A stretch of DNA of 64,000 nucleotides from Candidatus Parcubacteria bacterium (lineage in GTDB: Bacteria; Patescibacteriota; Minisyncoccia; SURF-38): positions 812-64,811 of the forward strand of contig QZJN01000007.1 in NCBI GenBank assembly GCA_003599335.1. The letters run 5' to 3'. A program made the translations under genes and the position numbers. The notes under the pieces were generated by a model. It was not told where the DNA came from, did not search any database, and was given only the letters and a program-made list of their open reading frames with translations. Positions 1-10,585 of the stretch are shown here, in pieces (position 1 is the first letter of the stretch; every line of letters starts with the position of its first letter).

Positions 1-90
1 TTAAGGCTCATGGTGGAAAAATCTGGGCAGAAAGCAAAGGACGAGGGAGGGGATCGACTTTTTCCATAAGCCTTCCAAGCAGATAAATAT

Positions 91-1494
91 ATGCAATCAA
101 ACAGAATCTTCATAAAAGAAACCCCACATCACATAGGCAAAAAAATCGTAGTAAAAGGGTGGGTCAGAAACCGTAGAAATCACGGTAAAATTATTTTTAT
201 TGATCTTATTGATAAAGACGACATTCCTCTCCAAGTCGTCTTTACCCCGGGAATTAAAGAGTATTATGAACTGGCAAGCAAACTTCGCGGTGAAGATGTT
301 ATAAAAATAGAGGGCCTTATCAAAGAAAGACCGTCTGGAATGCAAAATGATAAAATACCCACCGGAAAAATAGAGCTGGAATCAGAAACCATAGAATTAC
401 TAAATAAATCAAGAGAATCTCTGCCAATACCGATTGATAATGACGGCTATGATATTAACGAAGAACTGCGTCTTAAAAATAGATATCTAGATTTACGACG
501 CCAACGTCTCCATAAAAACATAAAACTGCGCCATGCAATTTTACATTTTATAAGAAACTATCTTTCCGACAGAGAGTTTTTAGAAATCGAAACACCCATC
601 CTCACAAAATCAACCCCAGAGGGGGCAAGAGATTATGTGGTGCCGTCAAGATTGCAGCAGGGAAAATTTTATGCCCTTCCTCAATCTCCCCAACAATACA
701 AACAACTTCTTATGGTTGCCGGATTTGAGAGATATTTTCAGATAGCGAGGTGCTTCAGAGATGAAGATACGAGAGGGGATAGACAGCCCGAATTTACCCA
801 ACTTGATCTTGAATTGAGCTTTGTTGAACGAGAAGATGTAATGAAGCTGGTTGAAGATTTATTGATAGATATAGTTAAAAAAATAACTCCGGAAAAAACA
901 ATCCAGGAAATACCCTTTCCAAGATTAACTCACAAAGAAGTTATATCTAAATATAAAACAGAAAATCCAGATTTACGTAAAGACAAAACCAATCCAAACC
1001 TGCTGGCTTTTTGTTGGATAACAGACTTCCCGTTTTTTGAAAAAAATAAGGAAGGGGAATGGACTTTTACACACAACCCATTTTCTACGCCAATCCCGCA
1101 ACATCGAGAATGGCTACTAAAAAAAGATAAAATAAACGAAATAATAACCAGCCAATACGACGTGGTCTTAAACGGTTTTGAAATCGGAGGAGGATCAATA
1201 AGAAGCCACACAAAAGAAAGTCTAGAAGCAGTTTTTGAAATATTGGGACACAACAAAGAATCAATAAAAGAAAAGTTTGGTCACATGCTTGATTCATTTA
1301 CGGTTGGGGCTCCGCCACATGGAGGCATTGCTTGGGGCCTGGACAGACTTGTTGCCATTCTCACCAACGAACCAAACATAAGAGAAGTGATAGCTTTTCC
1401 CAAAACCGGCGATGCAAGAGACCCTATGATGGGCTCTCCTTCGGAAATTGATAAAAAACAACTAAAAGAACTGGGGATTAAAACAGATAAATAA
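91..1494 (+). CDS. aspS: Aspartate--tRNA ligase (short form lacking GAD insertion; likely non-discriminating)
   Basis: N-terminal OB fold (GWVRNRRNHGKIIFIDL), LPQSPQQYKQLLMVAGFERYFQIARCFRDED motif 2, GAPPHGGIAWGLDRL motif 3. Confidence 0.97.
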   Translation: MQSNRIFIKETPHHIGKKIVVKGWVRNRRNHGKIIFIDLIDKDDIPLQVVFTPGIKEYYELASKLRGEDVIKIEGLIKERPSGMQNDKIPTGKIELESETIELLNKSRESLPIPIDNDGYDINEELRLKNRYLDLRRQRLHKNIKLRHAILHFIRNYLSDREFLEIETPILTKSTPEGARDYVVPSRLQQGKFYALPQSPQQYKQLLMVAGFERYFQIARCFRDEDTRGDRQPEFTQLDLELSFVEREDVMKLVEDLLIDIVKKITPEKTIQEIPFPRLTHKEVISKYKTENPDLRKDKTNPNLLAFCWITDFPFFEKNKEGEWTFTHNPFSTPIPQHREWLLKKDKINEIITSQYDVVLNGFEIGGGSIRSHTKESLEAVFEILGHNKESIKEKFGHMLDSFTVGAPPHGGIAWGLDRLVAILTNEPNIREVIAFPKTGDARDPMMGSPSEIDKKQLKELGIKTDK

Positions 1495-1512
1495 AGAAAA
1501 GAAGTATAAGTC

Positions 1513-2214
1513 GTGTACGCCGTAAAGCTTGAAAAGTTTGAAGGGCCTCTGGAATTACTCCTTGAACTGATAGAAAAGGAGAAACTTAGTATTACCGAAA
1601 TTTCTCTTTCAAAAGTTACCGACCAATATCTCGGCCATCTTAACTCACTCACAGATGTTCATCCGGAAATGCTTGCAGATTTTTTGGTAATCGCCGCTCA
1701 GCTTATTTTAATTAAATCAAAAACCTTACTGCCAGACTTTTCCGTAAACCCAGAAGAAGAAAAGAGCGTTGCCGAACTAAAAAGGCGTCTTGAAGAACTG
1801 AAATTGATAAAAGATTCCTCTTTAACTTTGAGAGAAATATTAAAAAAGAAAAATTATATGTACGAAAGAAATCCAAATAAAATACCGACACATGCAGCAT
1901 TTGTAATGCCGGAAAGCTTAACAATCGAAAACCTAAAAGAAAACCTATTGAAAATGGCAAGACTTATAAACAAACCCAAAGAGTTAAAAAAGGAAACAAT
2001 GCGCCTGATTATATCCCTGGAACAAAAAATTGAGGAGTTAAAAACAAGATTTAGCAAAGTTATCAATAAATCTTTTGGAGAACTGCTCACGAAAGGAGCC
2101 TCCAAACTTGAAATAGTTGTCACTTTTTTAGCCCTGCTTGAACTTACAAAACAAAAATTCATAAAATTAACCCAGGAAAACCCGTTCCAGGATATTCAAA
2201 TAAGAAAAGCTTGA
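1513..2214 (+). CDS. scpA: Segregation/condensation protein A (kleisin)
   Basis: FEGPLELLLELI N-terminus, VVTFLALLEL C-terminus; GTG start; next to scpB. Confidence 0.95.
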   Translation: MYAVKLEKFEGPLELLLELIEKEKLSITEISLSKVTDQYLGHLNSLTDVHPEMLADFLVIAAQLILIKSKTLLPDFSVNPEEEKSVAELKRRLEELKLIKDSSLTLREILKKKNYMYERNPNKIPTHAAFVMPESLTIENLKENLLKMARLINKPKELKKETMRLIISLEQKIEELKTRFSKVINKSFGELLTKGASKLEIVVTFLALLELTKQKFIKLTQENPFQDIQIRKA

Positions 2215-2813
2215 CCTCCATGAATGAAGAAAATAAAAAAAATCAGCTTGAAAGCCTTATTTTTGCCGCGACAGAGCCAATTTCTTACAAAAAACTGGCC
2301 AAGCTTTTAGATTTAAAAGTTCAAGAAATCAAAGAGTTGACGGAAAAAATCAACAACCAATATAAAGAATCCAACTCCGGATTGCGGCTAACTTTTAATG
2401 ATTCTGAAGTTCAAATGGTAACTTCTCCAGAAAATTCAGAGATTGTTAATGAATTAACCAAAAGCGATTTAAAGGAGGATCTGTCATTAGCGGCTCTAGA
2501 AACTTTAGCCATTATTATCTATAAGGGTTCACAACGAAAAGTTGATATTGATTTTATTAGAGGCGTTAATTCTGTCTACACCCTAAGAACCCTTCTAATA
2601 AGAGGGTTAATAGAAAGAGAATCGGACCCACAAGACGCGAGGAGTTTTGTTTACAAGCCATCTCTTGAATTAATAAAAAAACTCGGTATATCAAACACCA
2701 AAGAACTTCCAAACTATGAAGAAATTGTGAAAAAGCTTGATGAGATAAAACAAGAAACATTGCGGGTACAAACGGAATTTAAGCAAGACACAATAAAGCA
2801 ACCAAATGACTGA
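2211..2813 (+). CDS. scpB: SMC-Scp complex subunit ScpB
   Basis: LESLIFAATEP, LSLAALETLAIIIY, IDFIRGVNS motifs; start may be the ATG at 2220. Confidence 0.95.
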   Translation: MTSMNEENKKNQLESLIFAATEPISYKKLAKLLDLKVQEIKELTEKINNQYKESNSGLRLTFNDSEVQMVTSPENSEIVNELTKSDLKEDLSLAALETLAIIIYKGSQRKVDIDFIRGVNSVYTLRTLLIRGLIERESDPQDARSFVYKPSLELIKKLGISNTKELPNYEEIVKKLDEIKQETLRVQTEFKQDTIKQPND

Positions 2814-3702
2814 AGATAATGGAAAAATTTTAATTCTTATCAGCGTATTGATTGGGCTTATCTTTTTTACCTGGCAGGTTGGATCAAAAACCATCAATTC
2901 CCAAATTGCATCCCTATCTTATCTAACAGAAACAATCAATGATTTTTCTCAAAAAAATAATTTTGATGTCCCGGTAGAAATTGCCCTGGTGGTTGGCGCT
3001 GACCTGAAAACAATCTATTACACTAAAAACATAGACAAAAAAACTCCCATAGCTTCTTTGACGAAACTCATAAGCGCGATGGTTATAATAGACAATTATG
3101 ATCTGACCGACACCCTTGTCATACCCAGAGAAGCAATCGGTCTTCCCGAAACTAAGAGTATTTTTGGAGCGGGAGAAACAATGAGGACTTTTGATTTATT
3201 GGCCGCATTATTAATCGAATCAAGCAATGAAGCTGCTTATACTCTTGCATATAACTGGCCGAAAATAGAAGGCTCTCTTGAACAAAAAAAGACTTATTTT
3301 ATTGAAGCGATGAACAGAAAGGCAAAAGAAATTGGCCTCTTAGAAACTCATTTTTCCGACCCAGCCGGCCTTGATGACGACAATAGTCTATCAACAGCTT
3401 GGGATGTTGCCATTATGGCAAGACAGGCATTGCGTTACCAACTCATCCAGCAACTGACGACAAAAGAAACCTTTACCGCTTTCTCTATTGAAGGCAGGAG
3501 GCATACTTTTGAGAACTCAAACAAATTACTCACCGTTGTGCCGAATATTAAACTTGGTAAAACAGGCTTCACAGACGGGGCTGGCCCATCACTTGTTTTA
3601 ATAGTCAACCAAGAAACAAAACCAATAATTTTAGTCCTCCTCAACGCCCAAGATAGATTCCTGAATGCCCAAGAACTCCTTGAAAAACTTAACTTTGAGT
3701 GA
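2806..3702 (+). CDS. D-alanyl-D-alanine carboxypeptidase (peptidase S11)
   Basis: N-terminal TM; PIASLTK (SxxK), SSN (SxN), KTGFT (KTG) motifs. Confidence 0.92.
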   Translation: MTEDNGKILILISVLIGLIFFTWQVGSKTINSQIASLSYLTETINDFSQKNNFDVPVEIALVVGADLKTIYYTKNIDKKTPIASLTKLISAMVIIDNYDLTDTLVIPREAIGLPETKSIFGAGETMRTFDLLAALLIESSNEAAYTLAYNWPKIEGSLEQKKTYFIEAMNRKAKEIGLLETHFSDPAGLDDDNSLSTAWDVAIMARQALRYQLIQQLTTKETFTAFSIEGRRHTFENSNKLLTVVPNIKLGKTGFTDGAGPSLVLIVNQETKPIILVLLNAQDRFLNAQELLEKLNFE

Positions 3703-3736
3703 AAAAAGTAGTCTTCTTGTGCTAAAATAATCGTAT

Positions 3737-4792
3737 ATGGAAACGCTGTTTCAGATTGAGCGCATTTTGGTCGTGGCTTTTGCCAGCTTTATTTTGGCCG
3801 TTGCCATCGTGCCGGTTTTTACCAATTTTATGTATGCCAGACAGTTTGGTAAAAAAATACGCACAGATCAAAATTCGCCAATCTATCAATCCCTCCATGC
3901 TCAAAAAGCCGGCACGCCGACAATGGGCGGAGTTTTGGTTTGGGGGACGGTTACGCTGTTAATTTTATTCTTTGGTTTGATATCCCGTTTCTGGCCTGAT
4001 AGCTTTTTGGCCGAATTCAATTTTTTAAGCAGGTCTCAAACTTTTTTACCCTTTGGCATAATGGTCTTTGCCGGAATCATCGGACTGCTTGATGATCTTG
4101 TCGGAATTATTGGCAAGGGCTGGCTTGGGGGCGGTATCCGTTTTCGTCATCGCTTTATTTTATATGGAATTGTTGCGTCGGTTGGAGCTTGGTGGTTTTT
4201 CTATAAACTGGGGTGGGATTTGATCCACATACCGTTTCTGGGCGACTTCAATATTGGGCTTTGGTATATACCAATTTTTATTTTCATAATAATAGCTTCA
4301 TCTTTCTCGACAAACCAAACAGATGGCCTCGATGGTCTGGCTGGCGGGGTATTGCTTACAGCCTTTTTGAGCCTGATGGTCATAACCTTCGTTCAGGGAA
4401 GATATGATTTGATGGCCTTTTTGGCTGCCATAGTCGGTTCGTTATTGGCTTTTTTGTGGTTCAATATATATCCGGCAAGGTTTTTTATGGGAGATACGGG
4501 CTCAATGAGCATGGGGGCCGTTTTGGGCGTTGTGGTCATGCTTACAAATACAGCCTTGATATTACCGTTTTTTGGAATAATTTTGGTTTTGGAGGCTCTT
4601 TCTACAATTCTTCAATTGTTTTGGCGAAGATTTTTAAAACGTAAATTGTTTCTGTCGGCGCCAATACATCATCACTTTGAGGCAATTGGTTGGCCGGAAG
4701 CAAAAATCACCATGAGATTTTGGATTATCTCATTGGTGTTTTCAATTTTGGGCCTAACAATATTTTTCCTAGACCAACTAATAACTTTGTAA
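3737..4792 (+). CDS. mraY: Phospho-N-acetylmuramoyl-pentapeptide transferase
   Basis: KAGTPTMGG, GLLDD, NQTDGLDGLAGG, FMGDTGS, APIHHHFE. Confidence 0.97.
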   Translation: METLFQIERILVVAFASFILAVAIVPVFTNFMYARQFGKKIRTDQNSPIYQSLHAQKAGTPTMGGVLVWGTVTLLILFFGLISRFWPDSFLAEFNFLSRSQTFLPFGIMVFAGIIGLLDDLVGIIGKGWLGGGIRFRHRFILYGIVASVGAWWFFYKLGWDLIHIPFLGDFNIGLWYIPIFIFIIIASSFSTNQTDGLDGLAGGVLLTAFLSLMVITFVQGRYDLMAFLAAIVGSLLAFLWFNIYPARFFMGDTGSMSMGAVLGVVVMLTNTALILPFFGIILVLEALSTILQLFWRRFLKRKLFLSAPIHHHFEAIGWPEAKITMRFWIISLVFSILGLTIFFLDQLITL

Positions 4793-4794
4793 AA

Positions 4795-5913
4795 ATGTTA
4801 AAGACAAAAGCCATTGATATACCCCTGGCGATCACAATTCTTTTTGTGCTTTTGTTCGGATTATTAATGCTCGCAAGCGCCTCTTTTTCTTTGAGTTATA
4901 AAAATTTCGGCCATAACTATTACTATCTTAAACACCAAATTTTTTTTGGAGTTATCAGCGGATTAATTTTCTTGTTTATAGGATTTAAAACTCCTTATGA
5001 ATTCTGGAAAAAAATTGCGCCCGCCGCGTTTATCTTCAGTCTAATCTTGATGCTGCTCGTTTTTTTGCCTCATATAGGCCAGGAAATAAGAGGCGCAAAA
5101 CGCTGGCTGGAGATAGGCGGAATATCTTTTCAACCATCAGAACTCCTAAAATTGACTATGGTTATATATATGGCAGCCCTGTTTGCAAACAAAAACTGGC
5201 AAGCAAATTCTTTCCTTAGAGGCTTTGTGCCTTTCGCGACTATAACAGGAATTATTTCTCTTCTCTTAATATTTCAACCCGATGTCGGAACTTTAATAAT
5301 TTTAGCCTCCACTGCGACGGTGGTCTATTTTTTGGCCGGAGGAAAAATCCTTCATCTTTTACTACTTTTGGGAATTGGTTCGCTGGCCTTTTGGGGATTA
5401 GTCCACAACGAACCTTACAGATTAAACAGAATCCTGGCATTTTTAAATCCAAACATCGACCCTCAAGGAATAAGCTACCAAATAAGCAGGTCAATAATAT
5501 TTATAGGCTCTGGAAAATTACTTGGTTCTGGGATTGGCTCAGACCCATTGCAATATGAAAGATTGCCGGAAGCAATGGGGGATTCAATATTTGCTGTAAT
5601 AGGGCATGAGCTTGGATTTTTCGGCGCTATGGCAGTTGTTTTAGCCTTTTTATTTATCGGTTTACGGGGTCTTAACATAGCCAAGAACACAACCGAAACT
5701 TTTGGTCGTTTGGTCGCCGCTGGCATAACAACCTTTATATGTCTGCAGGCTTTTGTAAACATAGGGGCAATTTCCGGATTTTTACCACTTACCGGAGTGC
5801 CGCTACCCTTCATGAGCTATGGCGGGTCGGCACTTATGGTAGCTCTTTTCAGTGTGGGAATTTTACTAAATATATCTAGTAGTCAAAAATCTCTTAAAAA
5901 TGCCGAAGTTTAA
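4795..5913 (+). CDS. ftsW: SEDS peptidoglycan glycosyltransferase FtsW
   Basis: GAKRW, FQPSELLK, QPDVGT, LPLTGVPLPFMSYGGS; lies between mraY and murG; start moved to the ATG at 4795, just after the mraY stop. Confidence 0.93.
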   Translation: MLKTKAIDIPLAITILFVLLFGLLMLASASFSLSYKNFGHNYYYLKHQIFFGVISGLIFLFIGFKTPYEFWKKIAPAAFIFSLILMLLVFLPHIGQEIRGAKRWLEIGGISFQPSELLKLTMVIYMAALFANKNWQANSFLRGFVPFATITGIISLLLIFQPDVGTLIILASTATVVYFLAGGKILHLLLLLGIGSLAFWGLVHNEPYRLNRILAFLNPNIDPQGISYQISRSIIFIGSGKLLGSGIGSDPLQYERLPEAMGDSIFAVIGHELGFFGAMAVVLAFLFIGLRGLNIAKNTTETFGRLVAAGITTFICLQAFVNIGAISGFLPLTGVPLPFMSYGGSALMVALFSVGILLNISSSQKSLKNAEV

Positions 5914-7045
5914 ACTTTATAAAATAATGCTGACGGGCGGTGGAACGGGAGGTCATATCTTTCCTCTTTTGGCTGTCGTTCAAGAACTAAAAAGGGTTGC
6001 CAAAACAAAAGGCATCGTCAATCTTGAATTCGTTTTTGCCGGTCCGAAGATAAACGATAAACTATGGCTTGGCATTCTTCAAAAAGCCGGCGTAAAAGTT
6101 GTGAGTGTTAATGCCGGTAAATTAAGACGCTATTCTTCTTGGCAAAATTTTGTTGATCTTGCGATAAAAACTCCGTTGGGAATATTAGAAGCTTTATGGA
6201 AAGTTTTTTGGAACATGCCCGATATTGTTTTTTCAAAAGGCGGGTACGGCTCTGTCCCCATTATTATAGCCGCAAGTATATACAGGGTGCCGATAATAAT
6301 CCACGAATCAGACTCGGTGGCGGGATTAGCAAATAAAAAAGCTGCCAAATATGCAAAGTTAATAGCTCTTGGTTTTCCTGGAGCCGAAAATGACTTTCCA
6401 AATCGAGAAACCGTTACAACCGGGGTCCCAGTAAGAACTGATATAGCCGCCGGATCAAAAGAAATAGCCCATCAATTTTTCAGAATAAAAGGAGGAAAGC
6501 CAATAATTCTCATAATCGGTGGCTCACAAGGAGCGGAGGCGATAAACGATTTTATACTCAATAATCTTGAAGAATTATTAAGATATTTCGAGATAATCCA
6601 TCTAACAGGCGGTAAAAAATTTGAAACTCTCGGAGCCGAACTAAAGGCGAGATTTGGCCACATAGATACGGGCGGTTATCATCCTTACCCCTTTCTGGTT
6701 GAGGAACTAAAGGAGGCTTATGCTATCTGCGACATTGTTGTAGCAAGATCAAGCGCAACGGTAATTTCGGAAATAGCAGCGGTCGCAAAACCAAGCATAC
6801 TGATACCCCTGCCCGGCGCGGCGCAAGACCACCAAAGAATTAATGCCTACAATTACGCCAAGACCGGAGCGGCGATAGTAATGGAGCAACCAAACCTGGC
6901 AACACATCTTTTTATCGACGCCTTAAGAGAATCTTTGGAAAATAAAAAGCTTAACGAATCGATGATCCAAGCAGCCAAAAAATTCTCAAAAATAGACGCT
7001 GCCGAAAAGATTGCCGAAATAATACTTGAAAATCTAAAAACATGA
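5900..7045 (+). CDS. murG: UDP-GlcNAc:lipid I GlcNAc transferase
   Basis: TGGGTGGHIFP, KGGYGSVP, IHESD, GGSQGA, HQRINA. Confidence 0.97.
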   Translation: MPKFKLYKIMLTGGGTGGHIFPLLAVVQELKRVAKTKGIVNLEFVFAGPKINDKLWLGILQKAGVKVVSVNAGKLRRYSSWQNFVDLAIKTPLGILEALWKVFWNMPDIVFSKGGYGSVPIIIAASIYRVPIIIHESDSVAGLANKKAAKYAKLIALGFPGAENDFPNRETVTTGVPVRTDIAAGSKEIAHQFFRIKGGKPIILIIGGSQGAEAINDFILNNLEELLRYFEIIHLTGGKKFETLGAELKARFGHIDTGGYHPYPFLVEELKEAYAICDIVVARSSATVISEIAAVAKPSILIPLPGAAQDHQRINAYNYAKTGAAIVMEQPNLATHLFIDALRESLENKKLNESMIQAAKKFSKIDAAEKIAEIILENLKT

Positions 7046-8565
7046 ATGCTTCTGCCCGTCAGCAGCCGATGATTCTTCCAAACCAAGCCGTGCGAGTAAG
7101 AATAGCCCCCTCGCCAACCGGCTTCATGCACATAGGAACGGCAAGAACCGCCCTGTTTAATTATCTTTTTGCAAAAAAACACGGAGGAAAATTCATCCTG
7201 CGTATAGAAGACACCGATGTATCTCGTTCTGAAAAAAAATATGAAAAAGACATAATTGACGGCCTGCAATGGCTTGGAATCAACTGGGACGAAGGAGTTT
7301 TAATAAATGGCGATTATGGTCCGTATCGTCAAAGCGAACGCCTGGAAATTTACGAATCCTACATAAAAAGCCTACTCGAAAAAAATCACGCCTATTATTG
7401 CTTCTGTGCTCAAGAAGAGCTTGAAGCAATAAAACAAGACCAAATGAGCAGGGGAGAAAGGCCTCATTATCCTGGCCGCTGCTCAAACCTCACAAAAGAA
7501 GAAATTCAAAAAAATCTCAAGATAGAAAAAGATTTTATAATCAGAATAAGAATGCCTCTAAAAAAGGTGTCTTTTAATGATTTGATAAGGGGTAAGGTTG
7601 AATTTGATACAGAATTAATCGGAGATGTTGCTATAGCCAAAAGTCTCAATCAACCTCTATATAATCTCGCTGTTGTTATCGACGATGAATTAATGAAAGT
7701 TAGTCATGTAATTCGGGGGGAGGAACACATCTCAAACACAACAATCCAACTAATTCTTTGTGAATATATGGAGTTTGATCCGCCTACATATGCCCATATA
7801 CCCTTAATTTTGGCCCAAGACAGATCCAAACTTAGTAAACGGCATGGAGCTGTATCCGTCACTGAATACAGGAAAGAAGGTTACCTGCCAGAAGCCGTTG
7901 TTAACTTTATGGTTCTTCTTGGATGGAATCCCGGAACAGAACAAGAATTTTTTACTTTAGATGAACTTATAAAAACTTTTGATTTACTCAAGGTTCAAAA
8001 AGCCGGAGCGATCTTCAATCCGGATAAACTTAAATGGTTTAATTCCCACTACATAAAAAATAAGGGTGTAAAAGAACTTCTTAATCTTTGCATCCCATAT
8101 TTTATTCAAGAAAAAATTCTGGAAAAAACAACCGGGGGGTTCAAAAATCCAAAAACAAAAGAGTTGGTAAAAGAAAGCGAGCTTGAAAAAATAATACTTC
8201 TTTTCAAGGAAAGAATGCGGGTTTTAAGCGAAATAACAAAACTAAGCGAAATATTTTTTATAGACCTGCCAAATTACGACAAAAATTTGTTGCGCTGGAA
8301 AGAATTAGATTTTAAAACCATAAAATCAAATCTCTTGAGCATCAGAAAGGCCTTAGAAAAAGAAGACTCTTCTTATTTTAATCGCGACTATTTGTCTTCA
8401 AAACTTTCTGAAATTACTAAAAAACAAGGAGTGGGGGAAACACTTTGGCCATTACGAGTGGCTTTGTCTGGACTTGAAGCATCTCCGGGGCCGTACGAAA
8501 TAATGGATGTTATTGGTAAAGAAAAAACAATAAGAAGAATTGATCATGCGATTGATATGCTATAA
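7042..8565 (+). CDS. gltX: Glutamate--tRNA ligase
   Basis: VRVRIAPSPTGFMHIG (HIGH), RIEDTD, KLSKR (KMSKS). Confidence 0.97.
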   Translation: MNASARQQPMILPNQAVRVRIAPSPTGFMHIGTARTALFNYLFAKKHGGKFILRIEDTDVSRSEKKYEKDIIDGLQWLGINWDEGVLINGDYGPYRQSERLEIYESYIKSLLEKNHAYYCFCAQEELEAIKQDQMSRGERPHYPGRCSNLTKEEIQKNLKIEKDFIIRIRMPLKKVSFNDLIRGKVEFDTELIGDVAIAKSLNQPLYNLAVVIDDELMKVSHVIRGEEHISNTTIQLILCEYMEFDPPTYAHIPLILAQDRSKLSKRHGAVSVTEYRKEGYLPEAVVNFMVLLGWNPGTEQEFFTLDELIKTFDLLKVQKAGAIFNPDKLKWFNSHYIKNKGVKELLNLCIPYFIQEKILEKTTGGFKNPKTKELVKESELEKIILLFKERMRVLSEITKLSEIFFIDLPNYDKNLLRWKELDFKTIKSNLLSIRKALEKEDSSYFNRDYLSSKLSEITKKQGVGETLWPLRVALSGLEASPGPYEIMDVIGKEKTIRRIDHAIDML

Positions 8566-9862
8566 AAAAAATTTTATATCCGCCTTTATAATTTTTACCC
8601 TTTTTGTTTCGTTTTTTGCAACAACGGCTGTTTTTGGCCAGGAAGAAACCGAAACAAATACAGAAGAGGCGGACAACGGCCTCTCGGAAGAAAAACTTAT
8701 TGAACTTGAACAACTCCAAAAAGAACTTGAGGTAAAAGAACAAGAAGCAAGAGAGCTTGAGGAAAAAGCCGAGGAATTAAACCAATCAATAGAAGAAACC
8801 CAGAAACAAAAAGACAGTTTGACCAAAGAGATTCAGCTTTTAAATAGCAGGATCAATAAGCTTAACCTCGACATTAAATACACCCAAAACAGAATAAGCA
8901 AAACAAACCTGGAAATTAATTCCCTTGAATACAAAATAGAAGAAAAAATCTTTGAAATAGAAAATAAAACCAAGGCAATGACAAGCGTGATACAGTCTCT
9001 TTATGAAGCCGAACAAGAACAACCGCTAATAGCAATTCTTAGGAACGAAAGCATCTCTGATATGGTTGCACAGATAAATTATCTTTCAACCTTGGAAAGC
9101 CAACTCCTCGCAAATTTAAGACAACTAAAGGATTTAAGAGATAACCTGACTAACGAAAAAAGAAAGCAAGAGGGCCTTAAAACAGATCTTACAAAACTTA
9201 AAAATAAACTGGCCGATCAACAAAACGTTGAGGCATGGCAGAGGCAACAAAAGAATCAGGTCTTAAAAGACACAAAAAACCAAGAAAAAGAATATAGGGA
9301 TCTGCTCGTTGAAACCAATCAAAGACGAGAAGAAATAGCTAGGGAAATCTTTGAACTTGAAGAAAAAATAAGGCTAACAATAGACCCAAACGCAATTCCA
9401 ATAAAAAGACCGGGAGTTTTAGGCTGGCCGGTCGAAACCCACCGCATAACCCAAACCTATGGACCAACAAGCAAAACCGGCTTCAACAACGACTCGTATA
9501 ATTTTCATAACGGTATAGATATCGGTCTGCCTGCAGGAACGCCTGTTTTTTCAGCCGGCGAGGGGGAAGTTATTGCAAACGGAAATGTCAGCCCATACGC
9601 TTACGGGAGATGGGTTGCCATAAAACACCCAAATAATCTTGTCACATTATATGGCCACTTATCGGTCGTAAAAGTCTCAAACGGACAATCGGTCAAAAGG
9701 GGAGAGTTAATAGCTTATAGCGGCAACACGGGATTTAGCACTGGACCACATTTGCACTTTACTGTTTATGCCGGCGACACCTTCAAAACTGTTCAGCGGT
9801 GGTTTGGACTTTTGCCACTAGGCGGATCGGTAAACCCACTTGATTATCTAAATGGAAAGTAA
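8540..9862 (+). CDS. M23 family peptidase with long coiled coil (EnvC/CwlO-like architecture)
   Basis: Signal peptide, heptad coiled coil, HNGID and HLH Zn motifs (GNTGFSTGPHLHF); exact start uncertain. Confidence 0.9.
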   Translation: MIMRLICYKKNFISAFIIFTLFVSFFATTAVFGQEETETNTEEADNGLSEEKLIELEQLQKELEVKEQEARELEEKAEELNQSIEETQKQKDSLTKEIQLLNSRINKLNLDIKYTQNRISKTNLEINSLEYKIEEKIFEIENKTKAMTSVIQSLYEAEQEQPLIAILRNESISDMVAQINYLSTLESQLLANLRQLKDLRDNLTNEKRKQEGLKTDLTKLKNKLADQQNVEAWQRQQKNQVLKDTKNQEKEYRDLLVETNQRREEIAREIFELEEKIRLTIDPNAIPIKRPGVLGWPVETHRITQTYGPTSKTGFNNDSYNFHNGIDIGLPAGTPVFSAGEGEVIANGNVSPYAYGRWVAIKHPNNLVTLYGHLSVVKVSNGQSVKRGELIAYSGNTGFSTGPHLHFTVYAGDTFKTVQRWFGLLPLGGSVNPLDYLNGK

Positions 9863-10577
9863 AAAATCTCCAAACAAAAAGATGAAAAATAAAATGCGCA
9901 AGGCAAGCGCGGGTCTTTTTGTTTTTATTATTGCTATTATTATTTTGTTTTTTATTGTTTTTTACCAAGAAGGAAAAAAACTTGAACCGGTTCCTTTTGG
10001 CCAATTGCCAGAAGCCGGGCTCACGCCACGCAATCCCTTTTATTTTATGGACATAATCACTGAAAATTTCCTGTTGCTTGTATACACAGATCCAAGAAAA
10101 GAAGCTGAAGTTACTTTTCGTTTTGCCAAGGAAAAGCTCGCAGAAATAAAGCAACTTGAAATCGTTTCCGAAACAGCCTCTTCGCTTGTTATACAGGAAG
10201 CCAGCAAAAAAGCAGCCGAAAAAGCAAGAAGGCTTTACGATGAATATCTCCTTATTGCTCACGAAAATCTTGTTAAATCAACTGGCAGCGATAAGACGGT
10301 ACGCGATTTAACATATGAATACCTCGATGAAGTTTTAAGCACAGAAGTTAAATCGGCAGATAATTTTTTCCAAAAAATATATAATAACCTGCCGGAATCT
10401 GTAAGAACTAAACTTTCGGACTTTGGAAATTGGATTGGGTCAAAATGGAATGCTTTTATAGGTTTTCTTGAAATCCAAAAAGCGAAATCAAAAGATTTTT
10501 TAAGAGGCTATCTCAAACAAAAAGCTTCAGATTATATAGATAATACCCTTGACGGCAACGCCACCACAGCTCAGTAG
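9852..10577 (+). CDS. Membrane-anchored hypothetical protein (DUF5667-like)
   Basis: N-terminal TM followed by AGLTPRNPFYFMD...E...KEAE...AKEKLAE pattern. Confidence 0.65.
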   Translation: MESKKSPNKKMKNKMRKASAGLFVFIIAIIILFFIVFYQEGKKLEPVPFGQLPEAGLTPRNPFYFMDIITENFLLLVYTDPRKEAEVTFRFAKEKLAEIKQLEIVSETASSLVIQEASKKAAEKARRLYDEYLLIAHENLVKSTGSDKTVRDLTYEYLDEVLSTEVKSADNFFQKIYNNLPESVRTKLSDFGNWIGSKWNAFIGFLEIQKAKSKDFLRGYLKQKASDYIDNTLDGNATTAQ

Positions 10578-10585
10578 GGGAGGCA